Shown: positions 62,108-64,000 of the stretch, one piece after another | Numbering within the stretch: the stretch's first letter is position 1 | How the letters are laid out: each line of letters starts with the position of its first letter | Assembly (NCBI RefSeq): GCF_006345805.1 | Contig: NC_043014.1 | Location: 22,630,001 to 22,694,000 of the forward strand | Direction: 5' to 3' | Length of the DNA stretch: 64,000 nucleotides | Source: Octopus sinensis | Lineage: Eukaryota | Made by a program: the position numbers and the translations under genes | Notes under the pieces: model-generated | Database searches by the model: none | Told to the model about the DNA's origin: nothing | The model's input: the letters and a program-made list of their open reading frames with translations, nothing else

Positions 62108-62590
62108 TTTGTTTTCTTCTCACTTATTTGTGTCTCTCCTTACTAACCGTCAGCCATTTTGTATTTCTATTGTATGTCTTCATTTGCGCATGCTTATATC
62201 TCTATGTGCATCTATGTTTATTCAGTGTGTGTGGGGGGGGATGCCTGTAATATTTGTATCTTCTGTTTATATACATTCTTGTAATTTGTATTTTGTTTTT
62301 GTTGTTGTTGCTTTTGTTCTAATTTTGTTCATGTATTTACATCCACCCATTATTATCATTACATATGCTTGTATGTATGTATAACAACAATATTAGTAAT
62401 AATAATAATAAATCTAATCGAAAAAAAAAAAATATATATATATATACATATATATACACACATATATACACATATACACATATATACATATATACACATA
62501 TACATACATAGATATATATACATATATATAGTTATTCATTTCTATTTCTTTAATTATCTGTGTATTTATTATGTTTGCAGGATCCACTAT

Positions 62591-63648
62591 CGTCATATGT
62601 TGTGGTGTGTGCTATTGCTCCATTCTAGTTTTCTATTCAGGCTAGGTTTATTTTCTATTATATGTGTAGCTTCTGTAATTTGTCTAATTGTTGCATCTGT
62701 TCTATGTGTGGACAATATCTTAATCTCTATGTTATTGATTGATCCCCCGTGTTCCTGTTCGGCATGTTGGTACAGAATCGATGAGCTCTTACCTTCCTTG
62801 AGTTATCTCCAATGTTCATTCACCCGCTCTCCAATGCTTCTTGCTGTTTCCCCTACGTATGTTACTGTCTTGTTACTGCATCGTCCATCTATACATCTTA
62901 TACTATAGACCACATTTCTGGCTTTACAGTTTGTTTGTGGGCTAAATCTACATACAGTGCAATAGTTATCCGTACAGAGGGTTCTACTAAAAGGATAGGT
63001 TCTACCAATTATAGATCTGATAGGGTTGCCTGGCTTTTCAACAACCTTAATTCTTAGTTTAAGTTTATCTAGGGTCCTTCTAAAGCGGTACGCCAGTTCA
63101 CCTCCAGGGGTGGTGTCGACGAACACGACACTCTGGTATTTATGGCTATCATACCAAGAGTTGGCCTTCCCTATTTTCTTTTTTGTCCTTTCTATAGTGT
63201 TCCATGACTTGTTCCTATAGAGTGGGCAAATCTCATTCCTATCATTACATAATATATTATCAAATTTCTTCATGGCTCCTTTGTATACTCTGATCCTTTC
63301 TTTATGGCTGTAACCTGAGAACTGCATGTGGTGAATGAAATACTGTATGTGTCTCTTTAATTCTGTAGGCTCGCACATGCGTGACACATTTCTCATTATT
63401 CTGACGAGGTCTGCCATCAAAATATTGAATTTGGCATTGCCCGCAATGGCTGAGTTCCGGTGGATCAGGTATTTTGCCATAGGTTTTGCATAGTATGAAT
63501 GAAGGATTTGGGTTTTATTTTTCACAATTTCTAGCCAGAGTTCAGTGTCTAGTACTGGTAGTCTATGGTTGGGGTGTTTAGTGGGGTAGTCTATTGTGAC
63601 CTTAATACTCTGGTGGATGGAGTTAGCTATTTGCTGGATGCTCTCCAT
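62591..63648 (-). pseudogene. PLE RT C-terminus plus GIY-YIG endonuclease, one premature TAA
   Basis: RLPVLDTELW, YAKPMAKYLIH, NVVYSIRC..TYVGETARSIGERVNEHWR*; in-frame continuation LKEGKSSSILYQHAEQEH..EATHIIENKPSLNRK to ~62591. Confidence 0.88.
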
Positions 63649-63867
63649 AGTATTAGTTTCTATTACTATATCAACATTACTCTCTTGTGGGGGTGCCTTT
63701 ACTACTATTTAAATGTGTGGCGGTCACAGGAGTGTGACGAAAGAACTTTGGCCGAAATAAGATTAAGATTAATGTAAAAAATAAATATCACTGAAGCAAA
63801 ATAACACCAAATATATAGTGCGTGTGTTTTTATTGGCTAAACTGGCAATATGACCATTCCGAAATAT

Positions 63868-63902
<35 letters not shown>

Positions 63903-63921
63903 GTATATATATGTATGTATA

Positions 63922-63982
63922 TCATCATCATCATCATCATCATCGTTTAGCGTCCGTTTTCCATGCTAGCATGGGTTGGACC
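63922..63982 (-). mobile_element. Minimal RTE insertion: terminal stem-loop plus (CAT)n only
   Basis: (cat)n cgtttagcgtccgttttccatgctagcatgggttggacc flanked by TA repeats. Confidence 0.8.
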
Positions 63983-64000
63983 CATGTAATATATATATAT

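Larger units (their letters stand above)
61886..63875 (-). mobile_element. 5'-truncated Penelope-like element with inverted 5' pLTR segment
   Basis: Arms 61941-62096 and 63720-63875 are inverted; the RT C-terminus and GIY-YIG ORF lie between them. Confidence 0.92.

Overview
Eukaryotic, AT-rich, gene-poor DNA. The repeat repertoire suggests an octopus or other cephalopod intronic/intergenic region (inference). About a fifth of the window is interrupted (TA)n microsatellite, which generates all the Tyr-Ile ORFs. Most of the rest is decayed mobile DNA: CR1/L2-group, RTE and R4/Dong LINEs, two Penelope-like elements (PLEs) with RT and GIY-YIG remnants, Tc1, mariner, hAT, a Gypsy protease relic, non-autonomous Helitrons and tRNA-derived SINEs. 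No intact host protein-coding gene is supported, only weak micro-exon candidates. The main result is a set of type I hammerhead ribozyme (HHR) motifs read directly from the sequence, belonging to at least five unrelated repeat families. The best case is a non-coding ~585-bp tandem unit (37116-38471, minus strand) with one long-helix-II hammerhead per full unit. It is predicted to release a ~578-nt monomer, making it a candidate retrozyme/circRNA element mobilised by Penelope machinery. Also notable are an RTE 3'UTR built of twin-hairpin units with variable loops that has amplified into satellite-like arrays twice, SINE-LINE shared 3' stem-loops, and several long inverted repeats. There is a 100-N gap at 7510-7609. 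All alignments and folds were done by eye; coordinates of degraded relics are approximate.
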